A DNA stretch of 64,000 nt from Blepharisma stoltei ATCC 30299 (taxonomy: Eukaryota > Protista > Ciliophora), in NCBI GenBank assembly GCA_965603825.1, contig CBFDEM010000003.1, positions 248,001 through 312,000 of the forward strand, read 5' to 3'. A model generated the notes under the pieces. It was not told the origin of the DNA. It saw nothing but the letters and a program-made list of their open reading frames with translations, and made no database searches. Positions 10,526-22,491 of the stretch are shown piece after piece. The stretch's first letter is position 1; every line of letters starts with the position of its first letter. Made by a program: the position numbers and the translations under genes.

Positions 10526-13201
10526 ATGGAATCAGGGCAAGTTGACGTTGTGATTGAGCATTGGTAAGTCCTATTTAGTAAAAATTGCAAGGCTCATGAA
10601 TGGTGCACAAAGCATGATGAAGTAAAATACAATACATTTTTCGAGAAGACTAAAGCAGAAATAGAGTCTGTGTGCCCAGAAGTTATTGTTCATGAAAACT
10701 ATGAACATCCAATGCTACGCCCTATTTTAGAAGCTAGCTCAAAAAGAAGCCCATTTCCAAAACCATCATTTCCAAGAATGGGCTCCTTTGAGGTATATTT
10801 CAGAGGACAAGTTATTTCATCAAAGCTGCAAGCTGGGATTTGGCCTCATCCAGCAGCAATTGCCCATAAAATTAGGGAAATACTTGATGGTGTAATTCTG
10901 CCACCCCAAGCTAAAACCCAAAATGATTTTAACAGCAGGTCTAAAAGAAGTGTTTCGCCTCAAAGAAATTCTGCTTCTCCGCCAAGGAATGCCCAGAGTC
11001 CTCCAAAGCCAAAATTTGTTGTAGCAAAGCCAGCTCAGGCGAAGCCAAATATAGAAAAGTCAAATGGAGATGTGAAAAAGGTTGAGGAAATTAAAAAAGA
11101 GCAACCAATTATCCATAGTCCTGAATATGAGTTTAATTTTGATAGTGAGCCATTGACGAAGTCACATGAAGAACAGCGTATAATGAATGAAGAGAAAAAG
11201 GAAGAAACTCAAGCAGAAAAGTTTGAAGAAAAATATAGTGAGCACCCAAGTGAAGTTCATAGGAGTATGCGTAGTGAACATTCTGAGAAAATCAAAGAAG
11301 CAAATAATGAAGAGATGAATAAGGAGGCTGATGAAGATCAATATGAAGAAGATTACTATGAGGAAGAAAATAACAGTGCTAATCCAAGTCCTTCTCATAA
11401 AAGTTTACATGAAAGCCAGAATGGAACTTCTTCTCAGAAAGGCTTAAATGAAAGCCAGCATGGAGCTCCCTCTGAGAAAAGTTTCCATAAAAGTCAGCGT
11501 GAAACTCCTTCTCATAAAAGCTTAAACCAAAGCCAGCATGAAGATCCTTCTTTAAAGAGTTTACATGAAAGCAATTATGGAACTCCTTCTCAGAAAAGCT
11601 TGCATGAAAGCCAGCAGGAGAATCCGTCTTTTAAGAGTTTTCATGAAAGCCAATATGAAGATCCTTCTAATAAAAGCTTGCATGAAAGTCAGAATAAAGC
11701 TTTATCACGTCAAAGTTTGCATGAAAGCCAGTATGGAACTCCTTCCAATAAGAGTCTTCATGAAAGCCAGCAAGGAACTCCTTCCAATAAGAGTCTACAT
11801 GAAAGTCAGCATGAAGCTTTCCAGAAGAGCTTGCATGAAAGCCAATACGAAGAAGCTTCTCATCAAAGTTTTCATGAAAGCCAGCACGAAGCTTTATCAC
11901 GTCAAAGCTTGCATGAAAGCCAGTATGAAGCTCTATCGCGTCAGAGTTTGCATGAAAGCCAGCATGGAACTCCTTCCAATAAGAGTTTTCATGAAAGTCA
12001 GCATGAAGCTTCCCAGAAGAGCTTGCATGAAAATCAGCACGGAACTCCTTCCAATAAGAGCTTACATGAAAGCCTGCGCGAAGATCCTTCTCATCAAAGT
12101 CTCTATGAAAGCCAGCACGATGCTTTATCACATCAAAGTTTGCATAAAAGTCAAAATGCAACTCCTTCCAATAAGAGTCTTCATGAAAGTATGCATGAGG
12201 CTTCCCAGAAGAGTTTGCATGAAAGCCAGCGTGAAACTCCTTCCAATAAGAGTTTTCACGAAAGTCAGCATGAAGCTTCGCAAAAGAGCTTGCATGAAAG
12301 TCAGCACGGAACTCCTTCCAATAAGAGCTTGCATGAAAGCCTTCACCAAGATCCTTCTCAACAAAGTTTCTATGAAAGCCAGCACGAAGCTTTATCGCGT
12401 CAAAGTTTACATGAAAGCCAGCGTGGAACTCCTTCCATAAAGAGTCTTCATGAAAGTCAGCATGGAGAATTCGAAAAGAGCTTGCATGAAAGCCAGCATG
12501 GAACTCCTTCTAATAAGAGTTTTCATGAAAGTCAGCATGAAGCTTCCCAGAAGAGCTTGCATGAAAACAAGAAGGGAACTCCTTCTAATAGGAGTTTTCA
12601 TGAAAGTCAGAAGGGAACTCCTTCCAATAAGAGTTTTCATGAAAGTCAGCATGGAGCTTCCAATAATCATTCTTTTCGTGACACTCCTTCTCATAAATCA
12701 ATTTCTCATGAGAATCCAGCCCATGAAACCCCATTTCATTACTCTGGCGAGCACGCAAACGAAAATGGCGAGCCTGAAGCAGACAAAAACCAAGAAGGTT
12801 CTGAACGAAATTTTGAAGAAGAATCTCCTGAAAATTATGAAGTAATTTTTATTTAGCAAGAAGCAGTTAATGAAAACCAAGAACCTACTGCAGAGCCTCC
12901 ATTTCCAGTCACAAACGCCATTACTGCAGAAATGCTTGTAGGAGAAACTATACAAAAGGAAATCACTATTTCTAATGAAACTGAAGAAGAACAGCTCTAT
13001 CACGTTGAAATTACTGACCCAAAGCTTATCGAGCTTAAAGAGCAAGACATCACTCTTGCTCCTAACAGCAAAGGGGATATTCAATTAGTATTTCTGCCAA
13101 TTGAAGAGCCCTGCCAAGCAACTACCTATTTAATAATCCAACAGGATGAAGTAGTCAAGGACTGTTATGAAATCAAAATCGATTATATGAGCAGTAACTA
13201 G
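10526..13201 (+). CDS. Rdx (SelT/SelW-like) CxxC domain + His/Ser tandem repeat + C-terminal Ig-like domain; two 15-nt introns
   Basis: Splicing 10564-10578 and 12842-12856 gives one continuous frame: VVIEHCKNC..WCTKHDE..PRMGSFEV..SKL..G.WP, then the repeats, then the 12932-13201 domain. Confidence 0.8.
10564..10578 (+). other. 15-nt spliceosomal intron GTAAGTCCTATTTAG
   Basis: GT..AG with A at position 10. Removal deletes an in-frame TAA and creates the CKNC motif. Confidence 0.9.
11390..12700 (+). repeat. coding tandem repeat, about 33 units of 39/36 bp (SLHESQHGTPSNK-type)
   Basis: Recurrent core (TTG/TTT)CATGAAAG(C/T)CAG. The 13-aa and 12-aa units are visible in the translation; boundaries and unit count are approximate. 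Confidence 0.92.
12842..12856 (+). other. 15-nt intron GTAATTTTTATTTAG
   Basis: Removal deletes the TAG and joins the frame to the 12932-13201 ORF. Confidence 0.88.
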
Positions 13202-13212
13202 AATTTATTAAA

Positions 13213-14124
13213 TTATCCTTCCAAAATGTCATAATCATCATCTACACTTTCGACATACTTTGTTATAGGGCTAAGCAAAGTCTCAAAGTTGAACTCTTCA
13301 AAACATTCCTTCGCCATTTCGCTATTGAAATATCTGAAAAGCTCTTCAAAGCTCATACGTAAAATTTTCCGTTGTTTCAGGCTAAGCATGTTTAAAAGAA
13401 GGGATATGATGACTTGCTCTCCTTCGTATAGAAACATGTCAGCCACTCGCATTCCGTATTGAAGAGGCACCTTGCATCCGAAAATTGTGATAAAATAGGG
13501 GGAAAAGCACGTTAATTCTAAGTTTTCTGTCTGCAAGTGATTATACACTTCAGGCAGTAAGGTTTCCAGCTGACTTGATAAGCAGTCAAGCATTTTTACA
13601 AGTTTAGGGGTCCCTGAGGTGAAAATTTCCCTTCAATTTTTATCAAACATTATTGAGACAAACGCTCAAAATGTCAACTCTTCTGATTTTATGTGGATAA
13701 ATAAGAGACCAGCTATAAACGCCATACCTTGGCAATAGCCGACCTCATTATCAAACTGTGCATAAGCTCGTAAAATTCTTAAGATCCCAGATTGCCCAGG
13801 ACCTTTGGTGTCCTTAAATATTTCGTGATCAGGAAAAGTCCGTGCTAAGTCTTTTTGAATTAATGGTTCGAAAATTTTGTCCTTTCTTTGAGAAAGGGTT
13901 TCATATGTTGAAAAATCCATGTGATTCGCACGAGTTAAGAAAGGCCAAATCTGACCTCTTAGGCTATCTGGAATCCCAAATAGCAAACTCTTACGAATTC
14001 GTTTAGGGCATGTGTGGTGAAGATCATTTTTCTCAAGCAAGGAAGCCCAATCTTCTTTTGAGAACTCATTGGTTATTGACTCAATTATTACATATTCATC
14101 GCTAAGCAGACTTTCTGTTGCCAT
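13213..14124 (-). CDS. TBC-domain Rab GTPase-activating protein
   Basis: GIPDSLRGQIW, IQKDLARTFP, VGYCQGMAFI. Joined in frame through two TGA codons. Confidence 0.93.
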
Positions 14125-14506
14125 GTCTAAGGAAAATTTATGAACTTAGTAATCCACATATTTTTTAAAAAACATTTCTGCTAAATCAATAAAAATTTTG
14201 CTTCATAATTAATCCAAAATGATATTACTGGTGTGGATAATTTCAGATAAATATTAAATATATCAGAAATGAAATTCTACTTATTTCTGATGCTATCGGG
14301 AATATGGTAAAATTATTATTATGTTTGTTGGAAGAGATAGCCAATGCAATTGATTAGCAATTAGGTTCATTCATTTTTTCCAAAATATGAAGAATATTAC
14401 TTATAATAAAAAATATTAATATAAAACTAAATATTACTTAAATCTGATAATAACTTTTTAGCAATGTTAATTTTATTATCAATATTTGTGTATACACTTT
14501 TAGTGC

Positions 14507-15502
14507 TTATTTAAGTGTTTGGAAATGTATTCTTTCAGCATGCGCAGGCTTAAATCTCTTATACTCCTCTTTCAGCATTACATACGCATTTTCTCCAGTC
14601 CCTTCAATATCTGCGACCTCTCTCACAATTTTGGTCAAATTTTCAATCCATCCGCTTTCACTCTTAAACTTCTTCTTGCATTCTCCAATAAGTTCTTTTA
14701 GCGTGACTCTCCCAAGCCTCATTAGTTCATTAATGACTGACTGTTTCGTCACTTTATCTTCTTTCAAATCTTCTTCACTATCATAAAGTCCTAAATCGCT
14801 TGAATCTCCACTTTCTGAGCTCTCACTTTTATTTTCCAGCAGCAGTTCTTGTATTTCTTTTCCAGAATTCGAAAGTCTATGCTGCAGTGCCGCTTCATCT
14901 TTTTGCTCTTTGGTTTCTTCCTCTTCGTTGTCTTCTTCATCATCAGCAAATTCTTCATCAAAATCCATGCCTTCTTTTCCAAACTCTTCTTCTTCAATCG
15001 TATTTTGATGCACTTTTTTGGTAGGTTTTAGATCTTCATCAGAGTCTTCTCCGAACACTTCATTGACAAGCTCTTTTTCTTGGCGAATTCTTTGTTTTTT
15101 GCCTATTTTAAGTTCCTCTTCAGTTTGAATTTTGACTGCTTGGTTTAATGGCGAAAATTTGTACCAATGATCGGTGAGAATTATGCTCACTTCTTTGCCG
15201 TCATATATCAAAATTGCGTATTTATTGGATTCTTCACTTTTGCCGATCCAGGAACGCTTTCGTGAGCTGTCTTGGCATTTTAAAGAAAACTCAGCGATTT
15301 TGTTGGGCTGACGATTGCGACGACTAGTGACCCTGGCTTGGATCTTTTTGGCTCCTTCAAGTTTTACTTCTTCTGGCTTCACTTCTTTAATTTCTTCAAT
15401 TTCTACACTGGTGGTTGAAAAATCGATGGGCTGAAGAACTCTGGCTACGTTTACTTCGGTGCCTGGATATTTGGGTAAAATTTTAAGAGGGTAATTTATC
15501 AT
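14507..15502 (-). CDS. TFIIF alpha (RAP74/Tfg1)-like protein
   Basis: KYAILIYDG..HWYKFSP, acidic MDFDEEFADDEE, and a C-terminal winged-helix-like segment (VTLKELI). Confidence 0.7.
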   Translation of the reverse strand: MINYPLKILPKYPGTEVNVARVLQPIDFSTTSVEIEEIKEVKPEEVKLEGAKKIQARVTSRRNRQPNKIAEFSLKCQDSSRKRSWIGKSEESNKYAILIYDGKEVSIILTDHWYKFSPLNQAVKIQTEEELKIGKKQRIRQEKELVNEVFGEDSDEDLKPTKKVHQNTIEEEEFGKEGMDFDEEFADDEEDNEEEETKEQKDEAALQHRLSNSGKEIQELLLENKSESSESGDSSDLGLYDSEEDLKEDKVTKQSVINELMRLGRVTLKELIGECKKKFKSESGWIENLTKIVREVADIEGTGENAYVMLKEEYKRFKPAHAERIHFQTLK

Positions 15503-15524
15503 TATAAAAAATTATAAAATTAAA

Positions 15525-17780
15525 CTAAATTGATTCACTGATCTCACCTTCTTCTCTTCTCAATTTATCGTAAGCTTCAACTGCTGCCTGCTTCTTCACA
15601 AACCAAGGGATTCTTCCTTGTTTTTCAATATAAAGTTCTCCGTTTGAAAATATAAGTATTTTCACAGCTTTTTTTTCTATTATTTCTTGATATTCTATGC
15701 TTTTCCCGCGCCGACTGCCATATTCTACAAGCTTCTCACAGATATTCTTTTGGCATTTATCTTTATTTTTGACTAAATACATGATGGGATCAGAAAATAA
15801 ATTCTCAATTATTTCACAAGTAGTGGTCAATGACTCACAGTCAATAAATATAGCCCCTATTAAAGCTTCTAAGCAGTCACTTAAAATTTTAGGAGGATTG
15901 TCACAGTGAGGATCAAAGTTCAACAAATCGTCTTCCCAACGAGAGTTAGCTACAAATCTTATGATTTCCGTCTTTAGTTCATCTTTAACATGGATATGTT
16001 TATCAAGCCCAGTAGATATGGCTAATTTTCTCAAGAAATTGTTGCTTACTAGAATATGTCTGAATGTGGTGAGCTCTTCGGGTGTGAACTGTCCAAATAC
16101 AAATAATTCAGAAAGCACTGTGAAATCAATGATTGAGTTACCTAGAAATTCAAATCTATTGTAATTGCGTATAGGATCAGAAGAATAGTGGGTAAGGGCT
16201 TGGGAGAGAAGGTTTTTATTTGAGAAATAGTAGTCAAGAGATGATTCTATAATTTCAATTTTTTTTATTGTAGGATCATATAGAATTGGTAGCAATTCAC
16301 CAAGCTTTAGCTGATTACCTGGGAGAGAAAATATTCTTCTTAAATCTAAAATCGTAAAATTATCATTGCTTAGTAGCTTCATCGTATCTTCATAAGCCGA
16401 ATCCTTTATTAAAATTTCAAGATCATATATGAATTGTGCAGCATCATAAATCCCATTGCCTAAATAAAGAGCGCCAATTAAAGCTTCAACGAAATCAGCC
16501 ATCATTTTGTCAGTGATTTTATGCTCAACATCCCATGTTTCCCCAGAAATCATTTTCGATGCATAAAATGGGGGTCTGAATTTAGAAATTTTCAACGAAT
16601 TTGTCTTGAGAAATCTTTGGAGTTCAAATTTCCATCCTGCAGAGCTTAAATTTGGGCTACTAATGTTTTTAAATCTACTGATAGAAAGCTGATACTCATT
16701 TTTCTTTGGATATCTAAAATACACATGAATCGTTGAAACTACTTTAAGTATTGAGTTTCCCAGAATTTGTAAATAATCATAATTGTTTTTACTGTCTAAG
16801 TAGGGGTTTGTGCAGGCGTCCTTTAAATATTTAAAGCAGCCCTTATAGCCGAAGGTTTGGGCAAATTCTCATATATATGAAGCTGATTCTAATTCTACTA
16901 ATGCACTTAATAAATTTCCACATTGAAGCCAAGTAGAAGCTTTAAGAGGGTATACGTCGACAAGGCTGGCATGTAGAACTGGGGTGCCTTTTTCACTTAT
17001 TTTTTGCTTTTCCATTTCTCCAGCATTAACTGGATTATCAATATGCCTTGCTGACTTTGTTTGGTTCGCGAAAATAAAAATATTATCAGTTGATATTGAT
17101 TTGATTGCACCAGAGAAGAACAATTTTTTGAAATCAGACAAAGAATCAATATTAAGTCTGTCGTCTAAAAGTACATCGATTGCGCTATATGAATCGTATA
17201 AATCGATTAAATCTTGCAAATCTGGGTTGTCACTTCCAAGTAAGATCTGTAGAAACTCTTTTGAATCCATGCTATCGTCAAAGCATGAAATGCATTGCCA
17301 AGTTGTATTTTTGCCTTTTAAAGATTTTACAATCATGTTTTCTCTTTGAGCTGGGGTGAGGTCATTCACTTTGATTGACTTTTCTTTTTCTAAGAGGAGA
17401 AATATTGTGACCCAATTAATGGCGTTATCAACTAAAGGAACTATTAAGTAGTTAGCACTTGAAATCTCACCTTCCTTAGCTTTTGAGGTTCGAATAATAT
17501 CTGTTCAAAATTCATGTTGGAAATCTCGCAAGTCATTCAGTGATTGAAAGCTGAAGCGTAATATTCCTAATGGATCCAAAAGCTGATCTGGAATTGGGAA
17601 AGGCTGAAAAGGTAAGATAACACCAAAGTCAGGCGCCGAGCGGATTCGATATAAAAAGCCGATATTTTTATTTTCTTCAGGTGAGAAAGTTTGAGAAAGG
17701 ATAGATGAAAAATTCCGATAGGATTTAGAGTCCTGAGGGAGTGTTGACTTGAGCTTTTTAGATATTGAGGGCACTTCCAT
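15525..17780 (-). CDS. Dicer-like protein (no helicase) with degenerate tandem RNase III domains and a dsRBD-like C-terminus
   Basis: A single 751-aa frame through TGA at 17505 and 16869. YLIVPL..INW is platform-like. RNase IIIa: YDYLQILGNSILK..ADFVEALIGA. RNase IIIb: QALTH..YNRFEFLGNSIID..SDCLEALIGAIFID. C-terminus KKQAAVEAY. Confidence 0.88.
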
Positions 17781-17953
17781 AAATTTTATTTCAGGGGCCC
17801 TTTCGCTGAATATTAGTTTTTGCTAATTCCCTCATATTTTATATATTTTAAACATTAATGGCCTTATAATTTGAAATAGTTCTCAATCTCTGCGAGCCTA
17901 GCCTAATTTCTGCTTTATTTTTTAAATCTTACTTTCAAAAATAATGATAATAA

Positions 17954-18931
17954 TTAATTATTTCTTAAATTTGTATGAATCATATGAAGTTTCTTATTTG
18001 CTTCCTTAACTAAACTATTTTCTGAACCTAATTCTGTCAAGATTTCTAGCAATAACTCATATCCGTCTCCAGTCAAACTTTGTTCCATTTCAATAACCTC
18101 AAATGCTTTTTTAATCGCTTCTTCATGAAATCCAAATTCAAAATGAGCTGCTGCTAATTTACAATGCTTTTCAGTGTTATCATAATCAAAAAGAATATCT
18201 TCTTGTAATCCTGTAATTACGGCTCTATATTCCTTCATGTTTACTTTGTATAAGCTTTTTTCCACAGCGTGGTTTATTGTATTTACTAGTTTACTTACTT
18301 CAATGTTTCTTGAAGCATCAATCCCATACTTACTAGAAATCCTTTTAGCAAATATTTCAGCATTCGGCAAATCTCCTATATCTAAGTATCCCCTGGCTAA
18401 GGCTACCCAACAAGTTAGCTCGTATTTTTCTAAAAAAAATTCACTGCTGATTACATCTTTGTATGCATCAATTGATTCTAATATTTTGTTTTGATGAAGA
18501 AAATCAGCAGCTTTATTTATTTTTGCAATAATTATGTCTTCTTTTGTGCATATGCCAGACATAAGCCGTAAAACATTAACGAAATCTTCCATTGATTTTT
18601 CATCTAAATTCCCTTCAACTCTTTCTATCAAAGCTCCTTGATTGAGAATGAAAAGAGCTGGGATTTTTTTAATTTGGACAGATTGAGCTAGAAGAGGTAA
18701 GGATTCTACGTTCAGTTTGGCATACCCTCACTTTCCTTTGTCAAGATTGAAGTAATTTGAGAGCATTAAGGATATTTGCCGTGATCTGTCACACCATTCA
18801 GCGTAGCATTGCAAAAGAACTGGAGTTTCAGCCTTCATTACGTTTTTATCCCAGTTTTCAATGGTGTCTATTTCATAGATGCTTTCATTGACTACTCCGA
18901 ACAATCGAAATAATCTGAATTTTGTAAGCAT
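17954..18931 (-). CDS. thioredoxin-like (CxxS) + TPR-like protein, YbbN/CnoX-like, probably mitochondrial
   Basis: PVLLQCYAEWCDRS, AKLNVE..IKKIPALF, and a helical repeat C-terminus. Joined through TGA 18728. Confidence 0.75.
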
Positions 18932-19253
18932 CTTTGCCTTTTATTTTAAAACTAGTTTTAGTAATAAAATAATATTGCATTAACTAAAAAGCAATAGCAA
19001 ATTTGTTTCTTTGAATGATTATTTAGATTAAAGAATTAAAGGGATCTTTATTACTTTTATATAATTATTTAGGATTAATTAGGCTTAATATATGCTCATT
19101 TTAATAGTTTAGTGATATCTTGCAAGCTAAAAATTAAAGATCATATGCAATTAAACCTAAATTTTTAGCAAATACTGTGGTACAATATTTGTAAATTCTA
19201 GAAAATTAAATTTATCTATTTCGATTCTGTCTATCACAAATGGTAAAAAATAG

Positions 19254-19583
19254 ATGCAGCAGGAAAGTTTCAGCTCTCTAAAAAATGATGTTAATTCAAG
19301 AGCTCAACAACTCATTAATGGCCTCTTAGGGAACAAAGAATATAACCAAGAAGAAGTACAGCAGTGGACTGCTCATCTTTCTGAAGAAATTGTAAAAACT
19401 TTGAAAGAACTTAACAGCAATTTCAAGTACTGTGTTTCCTGTATAATTCTTCAAAAAGGAGATGCTGGCATGCATATGAGTTCAACCTGCTTCTGGGACA
19501 GCAATCTTGATGGAAGCGTAGCAATTAAATGGGAAAATAACTCAATGCACTGCATTGTCAATATTTATGGCATTGCCTTCTAA
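19254..19583 (+). CDS. dynein light chain Tctex-1 family
   Basis: FKYCVSCIILQK..GMHMSSTCFWD..DG..WEN..MHCIVNIYG. Confidence 0.95.
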   Translation: MQQESFSSLKNDVNSRAQQLINGLLGNKEYNQEEVQQWTAHLSEEIVKTLKELNSNFKYCVSCIILQKGDAGMHMSSTCFWDSNLDGSVAIKWENNSMHCIVNIYGIAF

Positions 19584-20064
19584 CTTAAACTTAACAAAGT
19601 TCTTCATCTTCACTTTAAAGCATTCGACTTCTTGTTGGTGAGTAAATTGCAATATAAAAGGATTATTTCAATGATGCTTGAATAAGTGCATAAAGTATGT
19701 CTATGTTTCCAGCATTAGAGATAATATGATGAAAAATATTAACACTGAGTTAATACCAGAATTTATTTAGATGATAAATTCAATATTGCAATTAAATCAA
19801 TCAACTAGTCTTAGCTCTATAAATTAAGACATGAATATATATTAAATTATTTTATGCACTAAGGAGTGTTTGAATTTTTCTTCCGTTTAATAACATTTAA
19901 ATAATTTAAGTTGATATCTTTCAGTTATCATTAAGCTTTTTATTTACAAGAAATTGAACAATGGTATAATGTTGATATGAATAAAAGTCAGTTTTGAATT
20001 TTCATAAATCAGCTTATGATTTCATTTTTATTTGAATTTACCTTATTGAGATTAATTCTTATTT

Positions 20065-20820
20065 TTAGTTAGGAATCCCTAAATCAAATACTGCTTGAAC
20101 TGGATAATGGTCACTTGGGTAAAACTGACCATCTTTAATATCTGTAATAACTCTTCCATTCACTACATTTAGATTCTTGAACCAAATATAGTCAATGCAC
20201 CCAACTTCCCCAAACCTCTCCCAATTCTCTCTGCTTCCAAGCATTTCTGTAGGCCAAGTGACATCTGGCTCTTTTCCATAAATTTCTTTCATTGAAGATT
20301 TAAAATGCCTGATAAAGACTTCATATGTCTCAGATCCAGGGAAGCAATTTAGATCTCCCATAACAATTATAGGACTATCCATCATAGGTCTCAGCCATTC
20401 AATTAGTGTTAAAGCCTGCTCTAGCCTAACTTCATCTGAAATATGGTCTAAGTGGGTGTTCACTATCCAAATTTCTTTGCCATCAACTCTTATTTTCATT
20501 CTTTGAGCTACTCTTGTGTTTGACTTATATGTCAAATAACCCTCAGCAATTATTTTTATATGGTTTTTGATTAGTATCCCATTACCATCAATCTTAAGAT
20601 TTATTGAGCCAAGCTCTGTCCATTTTAAAGGAATAGGTGCAGGGGAAAAAATAAAGCTGTAGCCAGGATGGTTATAGACGTTTGCGTTTCCATTATAGTC
20701 TATTTCTTGAAGGCCAACAATGTCACTATCCATTTCGTTAATTGTTCGTGTTATTAGTGGGCTTCTGTGCTCATAGTATAAGCAAGAGTTCAAGATATTA
20801 AAAGTGCTGACTTTAAGCAT
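20065..20820 (-). CDS. endonuclease/exonuclease/phosphatase (EEP) family protein
   Basis: TFNI, DIVGLQE, NTHL, MGDLN, IDYIW, SDHYPV. Confidence 0.92.
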   Translation of the reverse strand: MLKVSTFNILNSCLYYEHRSPLITRTINEMDSDIVGLQEIDYNGNANVYNHPGYSFIFSPAPIPLKWTELGSINLKIDGNGILIKNHIKIIAEGYLTYKSNTRVAQRMKIRVDGKEIWIVNTHLDHISDEVRLEQALTLIEWLRPMMDSPIIVMGDLNCFPGSETYEVFIRHFKSSMKEIYGKEPDVTWPTEMLGSRENWERFGEVGCIDYIWFKNLNVVNGRVITDIKDGQFYPSDHYPVQAVFDLGIPN

Positions 20821-21048
20821 TTTATTTGTGTAATAGGAAAATCTAAAAATGCTATTTCTTAGAAATTATGGATGGCTACGATTGTTGCTATGAGTATAGT
20901 TTTAAATTTATTTAATCTAATGTTTTAAGAAGAGTTTTGAAATTATTATTAAATGAATTAGAATAAATATTGGTAAAATTAGAGAACTTAAAAAATATAA
21001 TTTATATTTTATAAATAAAATTATAACTTAGCTCAATTTTGCATTAAA

Positions 21049-22404
21049 ATGGAGACACGACTAATAGCAAAAGGCTTTTTAGATTTCGTAAATTTCTCAG
21101 TTTCCCCATTTCATGCTATTTCTCGTGCCAAATCTTCACTTTTATCTAGCAAATTTCAAGAACTCCGTGAACATGAATCTTGGAATCTTTCACCAGGTGG
21201 CAAGTATTTTTTCACAAGAAATGAATCATCAATATATGCATTTTCTGTAGGTTCTCAATACACTCCTCATGAAGGTGGATTTCGCATAATAGGCTCACAC
21301 TCAGATTTTCCTTGTCCAAAGTTAGCACCTGTTTCAAAATACGAAAATGAAGGCTTCATCAAGCTAAATATCCAATTATACGGAGGAGGTCTCTGACACT
21401 CTTGGTTTGACAGAGATTTAACATTAGCAGGCCGAGTAATAGTTTCCCAAAATAATCAAATACACTCCAAGCTGCTACACATAAAAAGACCTATTATAAG
21501 CATCCCACAGTTAGCAATCCATTTGACAACAAATAGAGAAAATTTTGAGTTCAATAAAGAAACACAATTTAAACCTCTTTTATGCACAGGGAAAGCTGAA
21601 AAAGAAAACTACCCAGAAAACAATAAAAGACATGCACAAGGCTTGCTTGAATTAATTTCAAAAGAAATAGGATGCAAAACAGAAGAAATTCTTGACCTTG
21701 ACCTATGCATTATAGATACAGCCCCTGCAGTGCTATCTGGGCTATATGAAGAATTTATTTCATCAGCAAGACTTGATAATCTTATGAGCGCTTATTGCTC
21801 TTTGCAGTCTCTAATAAATTCAAATACAGATGGCAAAGATATTAAGCTGCTCGCAGCATTTGATAACGAAGAAGTAGGAAGCTTGTCAATGCAAGGAGCA
21901 AATTCAATAGTTGCTGAGCAAACCTTTAGAAGAATTCTTGAAACATTGCCAGGGAATAAAAAAAATGATGCAATTGAGGGATTTTTTAGAAGAAGTTTAG
22001 CATTATCAGCTGATATGGCCCATGCTGTGCATCCGAATTATTCTGATAAGCATCAAACTTGTCATAGTCCAATTGTGCATGGAGGTGTTGTCATTAAAGC
22101 TAATCCAAATCAAAAATATGCAACAGACCCAGTTGGAGCTGCATTTATTAGGACATTGGCGAAGAAGTATTCTATTCCGACTCAAGATTTTATTGTGAAA
22201 AATAACTCGCCTTGCGGATCGACTATAGGGCCTTATATTGCTGGAAATACAGGTATAAGAGTTATAGATATTGGCGCTCCTATGTTAGCAATGCATTCTT
22301 GCCGTGAAATAATGGGAGTAGATGATGCTTATTATTATATGAAAATTATGGCTGCATTTTACGATGATTCTCAAAATTATTATGAAGGCGCACTTTTAGG
22401 TTAA
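21049..22404 (+). CDS. DNPEP: aspartyl aminopeptidase (M18 family)
   Basis: SPFHA, GSHSDFP, YGGGL(TGA=W)HSWFDRDL, RLDNL, DNEEVGS, SADMAHAVHPNY, PCGSTIGP, LAMHSCRE. Confidence 0.95.
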
Positions 22405-22491
22405 AATTATAAGAAACTTGATAATTATGGTCATCATGTTTATTAAATAAATGGCTTTTAAATCATGACGCAATACTCATTTTGATTAGAA

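Noticed and set aside
11390-12700. CRISPR-like array
   Set aside because: The units are contiguous, degenerate and coding, with no unique spacers; the context is eukaryotic.
11565-12845. Long alternative-frame and antisense ORFs over the repeat
   Set aside because: By-products of a 3n tandem repeat that lacks stops; no independent coding signal.
17758-17835. Out-of-frame upstream ATG (17835) overlapping the Dicer-like start
   Set aside because: No intron links it to the main frame and the transcription start is unknown, so a uORF role cannot be supported.
20065-20820. EEP protein as a retrotransposon endonuclease
   Set aside because: Stand-alone gene with no adjacent RT, TSD or tail; it looks like a cellular EEP enzyme.
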